Positions 38,801 through 49,999 of a stretch of DNA of 64,000 bases are shown here, piece by piece. The stretch is from Amphiscolops sp. MND2022 (taxonomy: Eukaryota): NCBI GenBank assembly GCA_964187785.1, contig OZ076409.1, positions 19,158,001-19,222,000 on the forward strand, in the 5' to 3' direction. The notes beneath the pieces are model-generated. The model worked only from the letters and a program-made list of their open reading frames with translations, had not been told where the DNA came from and did no database searches. Every line of letters starts with the position of its first letter. The first letter of the stretch is position 1. Both the position numbers and the translations under genes were made by a program.

Positions 38801-40250
38801 CGAAAAAGCTATCAGAATTACAAAGTTTGTGATAAAATTCATCCGCAAGATTCGCAAACAAGTAATAGAGGAAGTAGAATACCGTAAAATAGCTTTGAAT
38901 CACCTGATCAAACAAGTGCAACACAGTTATTATAGCCAAGAAATCAAAGACCTCGAAAATAAGCAGTCAGTTGCAAAGGAATCAAAAATAGTCCAATTAT
39001 ATCCTTTCTTAGATGAAAACAAACTTCTGAAGGTTGGCGGAAGGCTATTAGCAGCTGATTGTCTCGCTCAAGAAACAAGATTTCCAGTCATAATACCAGG
39101 ACAAAGTTATTTAGCCAAACTCATCGTACTTGATAGTCACCACAAATTAGCACATTGTGGAACAAATGCAATTATAGCTAACACGAGACAATTCTTTTGG
39201 ATCACGAAAGTAAGAGCATTAGCACGAAAAACCGTAGCGACTTGTATTAAATGCAATAGATTTAATAGCAGGAACATGCAGCAATTAATGGGTGATTTTC
39301 CCAGTGAAAGAGTTAATCCATCGCCTCCATTTTCTCTTGTTGGTATAGACTTTGCAGGCCCATTCTTTTATGAACAAAGCACAACACGATCGAAATGTTA
39401 TATTGTAGTTTTCGTTTGCTTCACTACTAAAGCTGTACACTTAGACATAGCGAAATCATTAGACACGCAGGAGTGCATGAAAGCAATAAGAAGATTCATA
39501 GCTCGAAGAGGTTGCCCTAAAAAGATTTTCTCTGATAACGGAACAAATTTTATTGGATCCCTTGGTGAGCTAATGAAACTCAAAAAGCTAGTCAGAGAAC
39601 GCTACAATTGTGACAGTCTACCTCAATCAGTCTTGGATTTGGGCATCAATTGGGCTACAATTCCCGCAAGAGCTTCACATTTCGGGGGACTATGGGAAGC
39701 GGCTATCAAATCAATGAAGTTACACTTCCAAAAGATTGTCGGAAAAGCCACTCGATTGCAATTAGATGAAATGTATACCATTACGTGTCATATTGAAGCT
39801 ATCATGAATTCCAGACCAATTACTTTCATTCCTAATGATGCGCTCGACAATTGCCCCTTAACACCTTCAATGCTATTGACTGGATTCAAACGAGATTATC
39901 TTCCAATTGTTGCTGATGTTCAAGATATGAAACCCGATGAACAATGTCCTATCAAAAGATTCAACTATCTGCAGTCGATGATTCAACATTTTTGGAATAG
40001 ATGGTCAAAAGAGTATCTTACAGAATTGCAAGTACGACAAAAGAACAACAAAGAATGTTATAATTTGCAAAAAGGTGATTTAGTTTATATAACTGATGCT
40101 AATATCCCTCCATTGTATTGGCCAATTGGCATTATCATTGAAACATACACTGGAAATGATGATTTAGTTCGCGTTGTAAAAGTCAAAACCGGAAAAGAAA
40201 AGTTTACAGTTCGTCCTATTGTAAAGCTGAAGAAAATCCAATTGAAATGA
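35835..40250 (+). CDS. pol: BEL/Pao pol (rest of protease, RT, RNase H, integrase); +1 frame relative to gag; true start is the frame break near 35870
   Basis: RAVFNAS, GDVTKMYRQ, FYVDDFL (RT); LFVDASEKAYG, LPRLELCA, WSDS, NPAD (RH); HHKLAH..CIKC, GIDFAGP, SDNGTNF, GGLWE (IN). No internal stops. Confidence 0.95.
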   Translation: MLTLAPLQQLLVKKLGLQVENSDERIIGVNQTSSQPVEGNVKISVKPKHGKVFNIKCVVLNNITKSENPKCKIANEDVERAKHYDLADPTFNSPGHIDLLLGITVYTHILRDKAIKIGTLALVETALGWTVSGIATQESPNFYQDSYSINFVENDDSKFENFWKIEDVPTFPESNMNSEEISCSQHYEQTTTYGHDGRVIVRLPFKESHLTIASNGSDLVPDIGHSAKNALRQFIRNENKLKNNVIAKQQYHEFFQEMIDTGHIERVPPDEQHLEPGKYFVMPHHAVWKESTTTKCRAVFNASAKTSNGKSLNDCIMVGSKQQPDLIEILIRLRFYPIVLSGDVTKMYRQLILNELDRNLHQLYWRSDPSEPITKWRLTRVIYGVASSSYHAIRALRESVDKAPNQTCRDAILNSFYVDDFLGGASSPDEAVSLFKDITTTLASRGMPIRKWASNSKQVMNEIPVELHENKDFLLLKDDHSIKTLGLNWTPQTDTFFFRAFEKTDSEHSTALPHAVKTENSTKFDEKHKFHDFSISAQVDPMVNFQDENDQVKIGAEGQKRFRSHPQACPLQTRQQKKQKYKKCNFSPITKNGPMVNIPITFDKEKLKLHTQTFDKPHENGCPIDLRPKQASYSDLTQNYDTSENHSDGHLRTNFSNTNQQNIVANDTPTASPLVPHAKTSKITRRIISSSLGKVFDPLGLVTPVTLLPKILFQKTWDGTLNWDDDVGATTTNQFLYWMESLKDLSQLHIPRLVTSVVTFKPKNFKLHLFVDASEKAYGAAIYAPSIWDSTRGGGLLIAKSRLAPKRSVSLPRLELCAMVLGVKLVEYVLQSLEPFNLNISISAWSDSTVALAWIQSTPSRFQIFIANRIAKVQRAFPVENWKYVPTSENPADYCTRPVAPNDLLSLDIWWHGPNWIHEEPVTLPKQPQILENTEFQKEIRKKEILALDCSGTLARQTGGDPTAFADTSTEKEIVKVDHMLPIERWGTFEKAIRITKFVIKFIRKIRKQVIEEVEYRKIALNHLIKQVQHSYYSQEIKDLENKQSVAKESKIVQLYPFLDENKLLKVGGRLLAADCLAQETRFPVIIPGQSYLAKLIVLDSHHKLAHCGTNAIIANTRQFFWITKVRALARKTVATCIKCNRFNSRNMQQLMGDFPSERVNPSPPFSLVGIDFAGPFFYEQSTTRSKCYIVVFVCFTTKAVHLDIAKSLDTQECMKAIRRFIARRGCPKKIFSDNGTNFIGSLGELMKLKKLVRERYNCDSLPQSVLDLGINWATIPARASHFGGLWEAAIKSMKLHFQKIVGKATRLQLDEMYTITCHIEAIMNSRPITFIPNDALDNCPLTPSMLLTGFKRDYLPIVADVQDMKPDEQCPIKRFNYLQSMIQHFWNRWSKEYLTELQVRQKNNKECYNLQKGDLVYITDANIPPLYWPIGIIIETYTGNDDLVRVVKVKTGKEKFTVRPIVKLKKIQLK

Positions 40251-40609
40251 AAACTTACTTCTATTGGTGGTCTTTCTTGTATTGCCATGCACGCAGGTAC
40301 CGGCCCTTGCAATCCTTTGCCACCTTCCTTCTTCGATACCTGCGTACACGGCTGACAGAGACTGGTATACTCTCGAGTGGTCCGTCGTACAGTTGGTGTT
40401 CTCCAGCATACCAGTCCCTGTCCTCTTCTTTGATCTCCTCCTTCACCTCTGCCTTCGGGACAACAACCCTCACCAACCGGAGAGTCAGGAATCTTCTTCT
40501 TTTAAACCGGCTGGCAAGGATTTGACTTAAGGACGGTAGAGGATCCAGAGAAGATAATTCCTTTTTGAAGGAGAAGAACAAACTCATCTGAAAATATTGA
40601 CAATATGTC

Positions 40610-40622
40610 AAGGGGGCGGCAA
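40610..40622 (+). promoter_or_regulatory. Polypurine tract
   Basis: AAGGGGGCGGCAA immediately before the 3' LTR. Confidence 0.85.
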
Positions 40623-40868
40623 TGTACAATCTAAACATGCATAATTTGACTTAAATTTGATTCATAATCTTCTCTCAATTTTGCTTGCCGCGCTTGTGAA
40701 GAAAGTTGGATGAATTTGTAGAATTTATTCACACTTGTTCACATTTATTTATCATATCACTCTTTTGTTAATAAAAGTTGAAAGACAGTCAGCTTTGTCA
40801 GCTCAGCCAGCTTTGTTTGTTGAGTAAACAAACAAATTCTCAAGTACCTTTCAAGGATCGTAGCATCA
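40623..40868 (+). repeat. BEL/Pao 3' LTR
   Basis: Identical to the 5' LTR by eye except ttcat vs tttat. Confidence 0.97.
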
Positions 40869-42434
40869 GTCTCCCATAGACTAGCAATATCCCTACAGAG
40901 AAAATGACAAAACAGCGCTCCGAAACAACTTCGACTTGAATCTGGTTTTTAACCGAAACCGTGTTAGTTCGTGGTTATTTATAAAAATCCGTTTTAGCAA
41001 TTTATTGAGACGCTCTGTAAGTTATTATTACGTTTTTTTTTGAAATAGAGAATTTATGACCATCTAATTGCCTACGTTGATGTCATAAAAAACGCTTAGT
41101 TTTTTTATTTGCATCTGAATTTTTTGTAAATTAGCTCAAATAGTCAATTTCTTCAGTTTTCCTGCGTCAAAGACTCTCGGTTGACATAGCTTGATTTGCA
41201 AAAAAACTAATTATGCGATGAAAGTTGCTAAATTGCACAGGAAATGAAATCCTACATGCTAGAGGTTAGAATGCAATCATTTCAGATTGTGATGTAATGG
41301 ACAGGAAATCGTCTTTTCACGTTCGATGTTTCAAGAGTGAAGGTCCTCATGTTTTTCTAGCTTGTTGGTTTCACGCAAAAACCGTGAAAAAGTCTTTTTG
41401 CGAGGTCCTGTAAGACAGTTGAAAGCTGAAAACTTCTCTTTTATTTGATAAATTATTCAATCTGCAACATCACGTGACTGCAAAGTAAAAACGATGCATC
41501 ACGTAAGGAAGGAAAATGGCAAACACGATTTGGAGCTGATAATTTCTGAAAGTGCTCCAAAAGATGGTTCATCCAAATTAAAACGGTGAGATAACTTGAA
41601 ATGTAAGCTCTGGGGAAAAGAAAGACGCTGAGCAGTGCAATCAGCAGATGTCGCTGCAAATGAAGGAAATTGCAATTTAATTTGGGACGGTGCAACTTGC
41701 ATGGTGTCTACCCTTGCTTTTAGGGGAGGAGGGGTAGAAAGTAGTAATAATTGTAAAGAACATCCTAGCATGACGGAAACAAGCAGCTATCCCAGCAAGC
41801 ACGAAGGACAACGCTCTCACGTAATTTGGATGTGCTTCTACTGTTTCCATCGCCATTTTTGTGTGCTAAGTCAATGCAGACATCGCGTGGTATTGGAATT
41901 TCGGCAAGCTTCGCTTCGGTCGCGGGTATTACCACGACCATCTCGCCATGTTTTCACTTTAATGCTGGCCATGCGAAGCGAAAAAAGCATGGAGAACGAG
42001 CAAGGTTTTATTACGCATCAAGTCACTCTTTCTATTGAAGGAAATCAAAAAACGTCACTTCGTCCCAGCGGATGATTGCAGTGATAAAATGGAATTTATA
42101 GATAGCAGCTATTTTTTGTACCACCGAAATCTTACAGTGCCACGATGCCAATATTAATTTGCTGCGGAGAATCGGGCATGCATGGTAAAATTGGTATCGA
42201 ACAAGCCGACAACAGCTCGAAATTGGCATCCCGCTGAGGACTCGGAAAGTACAATGTCTTGGGGTGATTTGCAGAAAAGTGCTGAAAACCTCTGCCGAAA
42301 AATTACCGTTTTGGCCTAATAGTAACTTTATGTTACTGAAAACATCATGAAAACCAACGTATTACCATTCATGGAATGGAAAATCGCGCACGAGGGTGGC
42401 CTTTTAAACATGAGCAAAAATGTAAAGAAAAATC

Positions 42435-42505
42435 TGACCCTAGCAGGAATCGAACACCGCCTTCATGCTTTGTAAGGCAACGCTGTAACCACTAGACCAA
42501 TTGGC
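42435..42505 (-). pseudogene. Degenerate tRNA-like module
   Basis: Minus strand has TGGTCTAGTGG (A box), CTTACAA loop and GTTCGATTCC (B box); acceptor stem does not pair. Confidence 0.5.
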
Positions 42506-43413
42506 ATTTCGGCCGCCCTATCCATTTCCGTGGTACTCGCATGTGTCTACCACCAAAGAAAAAGACTAGTAGTCTGGCGATTTTAGTCTCAACTAAAAAC
42601 GACGGCTAAAAAATTTTGCATATCCTATAGAAGCATGACTTTGAAAAGCCCCCATTGCATAACATACAATACCTATTCGACAAAAATATTCTAGGAACTA
42701 CATTATTGTAATTTCGGAGCCAAGTTACATTGAAAAGGCAAAGTAATTATTTATCGACCATTGTGCATCTTTAATTCAAGATTTTTGCATTCGATTCTCT
42801 ACTGTAGACTCGAAAATTGTAGATGGATGGAAGAAACTACAAAAAGCGCAGTGGCACGTCGTTGTCTCTTATCCGTCGGGAGCAAAACCGAGAAAATTTG
42901 CAAAGCCATTGCATCGATATATGGCGCAACATTACCTTATTTGGGTTCAAATTGTCATTTTTCACAAACATGCCAAAAAAACTCCAAATTTTTGTAACAG
43001 CTTGTGCATGCTGAATGCAAGTCGACATTACGATACATATGCCGCAACGAACTAGCAAGATCTTGCTAGTTCGATTAACAGCCAATAGAAACGCGTTATT
43101 TCTGATACGCGTTACGAGTTTTGCTCGTTACACTGTGATTTGGCGTTACGCGTAGTGATCAAACTACAGTAAATGACTACTTTACACTCTCTACAATTAC
43201 GTACTTTGACTGGTTTTCACTTCACACACCAAGACGGAGGAGGAGAGGATTGTTTGGATACCGCGATAATGACAACCAAAGATTTAGTGTTGAAAACGAG
43301 TTGAACCATGAATCAGCAATTTAAGCACGCAATGATTTATGCGCTTTTTCGCTTTCAAAAACCACGACTCTGCAAAAATAGACCTTGAAATCTCGTTGCT
43401 ATAATACATCTAC

Positions 43414-43915
43414 AACAAGCCGGGAACGACATAAGTCGGCGCCATATCTAAGTCTCAAAAATAGCAAAAGGACATGAAAGTATCAAACTCACGAAAAACC
43501 CAAAAGACGGAACTGGCACGCCAGGTGCCCGCTAGCGCCGGCCCCTGGCGCGCTAAAAGGGATCCTTTCGCATTTTTTAACTTCCATTGTTGCAAAGCAT
43601 CAAAAATTGAAGGGTGAAAAAAATTTGGTGGAAAGAAATTTCCGAAAACGTCCCACAATGCCGAAAAAAACTGAAAGGGGGACCTTTGGGATTTTTCAAC
43701 ATCCATTCTGTCGCAAAACATAAAAAAATTGAAGGGGGATCCTTTAGGGGGAAATGTTTTTTGCCGAAAAAACTTCAGTCTCTCCCGGTATGGTATGTTA
43801 CGCGGAAAAAGAGAAAAAACCTTTTTGGTTCAGTTCGCCAGACCAAATGATTCAATTTGGGACCATAAAATTTTGAAGAACTATTTTGGTCAGTTCGTGT
43901 GGATTGAAAAAAAGT
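43414..43915 (-). mobile_element. HINE-like element, reverse orientation, 5' end eroded
   Basis: aacaagccgggaacgacataagtcggcgccatatct is the reverse-complement 3' end; core motifs follow. Confidence 0.65.
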
Positions 43916-44067
43916 CACTATAATAGTCGCTGTAATAGTCACTATAATTGTTCATGAATATCCAATGTGTATGATTTCATGATTTTAATTACATTACCTT
44001 TTTGAACAACATTACACCGCTTTGTTGGGGGGACCCCTTGACACGCCAAGGTTAGTAAAGATAATTA

Positions 44068-44135
44068 TTCCTCGGAAGACATCGAAACGACGACCTTCTG
44101 CTTGGAAAGCTCGCATCCTAACTACCGGCAGCGTG
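44068..44135 (-). pseudogene. Degenerate tRNA-Gly(TCC)-like module
   Basis: Minus strand GGTAGTTAGGATGCGAGC-TTTCCAA-GCAGAAGGTCGTCGT-TTCGAT. Confidence 0.4.
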
Positions 44136-47100
44136 AAGAAATTCTGCTCAGAAAGTGGACACTACGCATCCGTTGTGGTCTGACAAAAATATATAGGTTC
44201 AGCGCATTTCTTAGAACATGCGTCGACTAAAAACACGGCTGATTGTTGACAAATATTTTCATTAAGAAATACCACTGAGATTGCGAAACTGGTGAAACAT
44301 GTGCCACGGATTTTGGATACAATTTTGGTTTTGATGTTTTCCATGGAAGAAAAGCGTTTTTGGAGGTCGCAGCCTTCGTGAGGATACTTTTTGCCGATCC
44401 GAATGTTATTATGAAAATTTCCTTTTACAATTATTTTGCGAATTCAGAGGGTCCCCATTTAGTTTTTCCGAGTTGAGATTTTTTCCGGGAGTAAAAGTTT
44501 CAACTTTTTCGTCAAAAATTGGGTTTTTGATTCCTCGAGTGTGTCGTTTTTTTTAGCTGTGTCCTTCCGCAGATTCAAAAGACTTTGCTCTTTTTGTACC
44601 TTGAGCGAGGTGCCGACTTACGCCGTTTCTGGCTTGTTTCGTTCTGTACCGCCGCTCCTCGGCTGTGCGTGAACTTGTGATGAAAAAACTATCCGGGAAT
44701 GTTTCGAAAAATTTTTTGATGAAGGTCTTCGCTAAGTCCCATAGTGCCGAAAACGTTAGGAGTCCTCTATGCTCGCAAAACATTTCGTTTCTAGTAAAAA
44801 TGGGGGGGGGCTTCGATAAAAACAAATTATAAAAAGTCGATAGTACTGAAGAACGCCGGTCTTGAAAAACAAAATTCGTCTACAGCGCAATATTTTCGAC
44901 ATAGCGCAACGTGGGCCTCCTCATTAGTAAAGCGCAATTTACTTCGCATATGACATCAAAAGTTCCGATATAGCGCAATATTTGCGATCACCTCTTCAAT
45001 GAAAGGCAACTTACTTAGAATATAACCTCCTAAGTTTGGATATAGCGTGCTGGGCCACTAAGAAAACATAATTTCAAGAAAAAAAATCAAAAATCTCAGA
45101 AGGGGCTCCTTTGGAGGCATTGAAAGTTTTCGAAAAAGTCTCTCAAAGCCGAACAAATTGTAAGGGTGAACTCCTTGATCTCGTCCGCTTTTGCAAATGC
45201 ACGAAAACGTTCCTTGCTGAAGCAGGGACTCGAGCACGCGACCGCTTGGTTCCCCCTAAACCTAATTACCTCTGTACCAAGTCATACTGAGAGCGCGCAC
45301 AAACATGCACGAATAGTACCGATCGCGTTGAACTGACGAAAAAAAACTAGTCACTGTAAGTGTCGTGCTTTCTTCCGACGAAAAATAGAACCTCTAATTG
45401 CTATGCATGTTTGAAATGTTTTTCTGCTCATAGTCCTCAAATTAGTGAGTATCAGGAGAAATGCACTATAAATTGTTTTGAAAGTCAATATAGTTTATAT
45501 TCGTGTTTAACCCGGAATGGAGGTGGAATTTTCTGGATCCATCGTAAAATCGGTTGCTTAAACTTTGAACCGCAATATCTCCTTAACTATTCAAGTCCGA
45601 AAAACGATTTATACAGCGTTCAAAAGAGGAGCCGCACTGGCTCCGGACTTTGCGCCAAAACTTTGCACGCGTCGTGTCTCTGCTTGCTTTTCAGCATGTT
45701 TCAAAACATTCTGAGGCCGCTTTGACCCAATGTTGACACCAGTGGGTTAAAAGGGCCAGAAACGAAAAATGGAAAATCTGCAGTTATTTTTTTTTGAATT
45801 TTTTGTCTCATTTTCTGGATTTCGGAGACATCACGTCAATATTCCGTGAAAAGGCACCGAATGCTATGCAATGTTGTCTGAAAATCTTATTCAAGAGTTT
45901 GCTTTACCATACGGTGAGCAGGTGCCTTTAGAAGTTCGCAGATCTTAAGTGGTGCAAATACGTACCGCGATGCTAAATAGGGTTAATTGAAACTTTGATG
46001 ACGAATATTGCGGAAGTTAGCTTCCAACACCCCTATGGATTAGGGTTATTATTGAGTTTGCGATCTAAATTTTCGATTTTTGCTCATTTTGGAAAATTAA
46101 ATCAGGTTTTTATTCATCTTCCGATTAATCAATGTCCAATGATTGCACTGTCAAACTTTGAAGCCCGGAAAAAAATCAACAATCTCCACTAAATCAATTC
46201 CGATGCATGTGTTAAGGTTGGGTATGGGTTCAAGACCTCGGGTTTGTGATTATCTTTTTACATGTACCTATTGTGGAAGCAACGATTTTGAATGTAATTA
46301 GTCATTGAACAATATTAGTCTTGAACAATATCAATAAGTACATAATGGCAAGCTTCTCTTTGTTTAGGTCGTAGCTGGCAAAACGAGCTTCCAATTATTA
46401 CATCTAGAAATTCTTTTTTCCTAATTCAGTATTGTATGAGAAATTCGCAAAATTTCTCAAAATTCGCAAAAACAAAAAAGGCGTTCCAAACTTACCAAGC
46501 AGGGGGGTTTCATTCTTTCGTCACAGGACTGTAGTAACTACAGCATATTATGTGGTTTTGTTGCAAAAGGCCTTGCTGTTTTTGAACGGTACAGCGTAGC
46601 TGTTTTTATGCATCAAGTAGTTGAGAAAATTGGCTGTTGTCAAAAGCGAGTTCTGGAAAAATTACTATTTTTCTTCCATGAAAACCGAATTTCCTCAACG
46701 CTTGTGAAAATTCCACTTTTCCTAACCTTTATGTCGTTCGACCAAACACGGTACCGATGAATTGTAAATTATTAAAACAGCCAAAAAATGTGATACTGGC
46801 ATAATGATTCAGAAGTTGCAAATGTCGTAAGCTGCTTTTAAAGTCAATTGGGGTTAAACCGACATTTCAATGTGGGAGGTATTATTCGGAAGTTTTGAAG
46901 TATACTATTTGAGCTGAATTGATTGAAATTCTCAGCGAGTGCTAATCTCAATTAGTAATTAATCAATAACCGAAAATTTTGCACTTCTCGCTGACGATTC
47001 AAATTATTGCTTGTTTCTTTCCTAAAAGCTGTTTGTGAGATCATGCTTCTTGAAATTTAAGGGTGGAAATTATCTACGAAGTCAAGAAGGAAAACTAATT

Positions 47101-47159
47101 TTTAGCCCAAGCACTTAATTCATCACTCATTTTTTTCAGATTTTTTTTCCAATGAAAAC

Positions 47160-49999
47160 ATGATAATGGTGGCAGATTCGGAGACAACTTTCGACATCGA
47201 AGACAATGGAGCTGATTTATCATCCGACGGAAGTGATCGCCGACTGAAGAGGAACAATGTCATGAAACGACATGTGACGTCTTCCAAGAATGTTTCAAAC
47301 AGACGCAATTGTTCCGAGGATCTGGGAAATTATTCAAATGGAAATGCCCCAGGTGTGGGTAGCGTGTATGTTAAAACATGGGGTTGTGCCCACAACAATT
47401 CAGACAGTGAATACATGGCTGGGCTTCTGAACGAGTACGGGTTTAAAATAGAAGACGATAGATTTGACGCCGATGTATGGTTACTAAACAGTTGCACTGT
47501 CAAAAGTCCAGCTGAAATGCATTTCCGAAACTTTATAGACGAAGGTTTGAAGAAAAACAAGTCTGTCATTGTCAGTGGATGCGTTGCTCAGTCCGACCCG
47601 AACTCGAAGTACCTGGAAAACATCAGCATAGTTGGGGTTCAGCAGATCGACAGAGTTGTTGAAGTTGTCGAACAAGCTTTGCAAGGAAACACAGTTCGGC
47701 TGTTAGGAACTAAAAAGGAAAACGGGAAAAAATTGGGCGGGGCCAGGCTAGATTTGCCCAAAATTCGGAAAAACCCTTTTGTTGAAATCCTGGCGGTCAA
47801 CACTGGATGCTTGAACAGATGCACGTATTGCAAAACCAAGCATGCCAGAGGTGACCTTGGAAGTTACAGTCCCGCAGATCTCGTCGAGAGAACCAGAATG
47901 AGTTTCCATGAACATGGATGCAAAGAACTCTGGCTCACTAGTGAGGATACTGGAGCCTATGGTATAGATATCAAAACAAACCTTCCTCAACTTCTCTGGA
48001 AGCTCATTGAGGTGACACCTTCTGATTGCATGATCAGGGTCGGTATGACTAATCCCCCTTACATGAGACAGCATCTTGAGGAAATTGGCAAAATTTTGAA
48101 GCATCCTCGAGTCTATAGTTTTCTACATATACCTGTGCAGAGTGGCAGCGATGCTGTTCTCACTGACATGAAGAGAGAATATTGTAGAGAAGATTTTTGC
48201 GAAATTGTGGACTATCTCAAAAGTGCAGTTCCCGGTTAGTGACGGTCGAATTCACTTTCAAGCATGTAAATTGGCGCCCCCTCAAAAAGAATTAAATCAA
48301 AGAGTTCTCGTTACTGCAAGGTTGTGATTTTTTTGTAGTTTTCTAATCTTAGAGAATTTGTTTCAATGGGTGTGAAAAACTTGTGTGTCCCGAAATGATA
48401 CTGAAGTTTTTTTATATGGAAAACTTTTTGGAAGTTGATTTGAATTTTAAATGAATGCTAAGAGTAATCTGACGAGTGACCTAATCAAGACAGATTTTTT
48501 GTGCATTTTAGAAGCTTCAAAAATTGGATGCATTGTATCATTGGTCTGTAGTGTCTTCCGAACGTTTGTTTGAAATGTTTTATTTAGTTAAAGCTTTTTG
48601 AAAAATTTTTTCGAAACACTGAACGTAACATTGACACGTCCCCTTCTTTTGTTCAATTCGTTGAATTTGTTAATGGATTTGTCTCGATCTGATTATTTTG
48701 ATGTTTTCAGCTAGATTGAAGTGTTCATGTGTCTAAAGCGGGATTTTTGCAAAAATGACCCTCAAGCATACTCAAAGTACTGCGCTTTTTGAGCCTTATG
48801 CGGTAGTCGACTTGGGCCGTTTCCGGCTTGCTCTTGAAAAACAGTTGAATCCGTCTAATTCGTATCGCCTGGGAACGAATAAAATAGTACGAATAATGAG
48901 AAGATCATTAATCGGATGATATTACTTTTGTTGCATATTGACGGTCTCAGGTACATACGAATGAAACCCAGATCCGAATTATCCTAATTTGAACTAACCG
49001 GAGTTGACTGTAATATGATTACAATCATTACTAAGTAGAAAATTTCTTCAATCTCCTTAAATTGTATTGAAGTCAAGTTGTTTCATTCGATTAGTTTGAA
49101 TTCGATTATTACTCAAAATTGCACAAGAAGCATGAATGCAGAATACATGAACTTTGAAAGTTTTCCCCACGCTGACAAATTACAACTTTTCTGTTGGAAT
49201 TGTTGCTAGTAGCCATATTACAAATTATGAAGATTTTCATTAGAAAAAAATTAAAACTTGCTTGTAAGTATTTCTTGTTGAATTGAATTTAGACTAAATT
49301 CATATTTTACCAATCTTAAAAGTCGAAGTTGTATATGTATGTCATTTTCGAATTCATGTTTAAGAAAGTATAATACATGGGTATGTTTCAGGTATCACCA
49401 TCGCAACCGATTTCATCTGCGGCTTTCCTTCCGAAACTGACGAAGACTTTGCGGAATCATTGAGTTTGATGGAGAAGTACAAATTCCCCACTGTGTTTAT
49501 CAACCAGTTTTTCCCTAGACCCGGAACACCTGCTTCGTATATGCGACAAATTCCCGGTCATTTAATCAAGAAGAGGACTGCTGAAATGAGCAAGTTGTTT
49601 AAATCATACAACCCCTATGACGGAAGAGTTGGAAACATTTACGACATTCTAGTTACTGACGTTTCCTTTGATGCCAAGCATTACGTGGGACACAATAAAT
49701 GTTACGAACAAATTCTGGTCCCGAAGCAAGAAGAAATTATGGGCAAATGGGTTCGTGTCAGAATTATTGCGTCATCAAAGTTTAGTATGCATGGCACAAT
49801 CATTGAAAGCAATACTACTGTTTCTTTGAAAATGAAAAACGGTTTCCATAACTTTGCATCCAAGTTATATCACAGCTTGGGTTTGAATGTGGCTTACAAG
49901 AAACGTCAAAACTTCATCTTGACTATGGGTTCTTTGTGTTCTATATCTATTCCATTGTATTTCATTTTGCGCAAATTTTCGTGGCATATCAAATTGTAG
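47160..49999 (+). CDS. CDKAL1: Threonylcarbamoyladenosine tRNA methylthiotransferase (CDKAL1/e-MtaB), 2 exons (47160-48234, 49392-49999), 560 aa
   Basis: UPF0004 domain ([24 protein letters not shown]), radical-SAM [18 protein letters not shown]|[19 protein letters not shown] across a phase-1 GT-AG intron, TRAM domain, C-terminal hydrophobic anchor. CDS 1683 nt. Confidence 0.97.

Larger units (their letters stand above)
34206..40868 (+). mobile_element. Full-length, very young BEL/Pao LTR retrotransposon
   Basis: Two 246-bp TG...CA LTRs with one visible mismatch; 5-bp TSD GTCTC (34201-34205 and 40869-40873); PBS, gag-PR-RT-RH-IN and PPT all present. Confidence 0.98.

Noticed and set aside
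41453-42330. Cluster of 65-146-aa ORFs in moderately GC-rich DNA
   Set aside because: No recognisable motif in any of the frames I translated, and no consistent exon structure.
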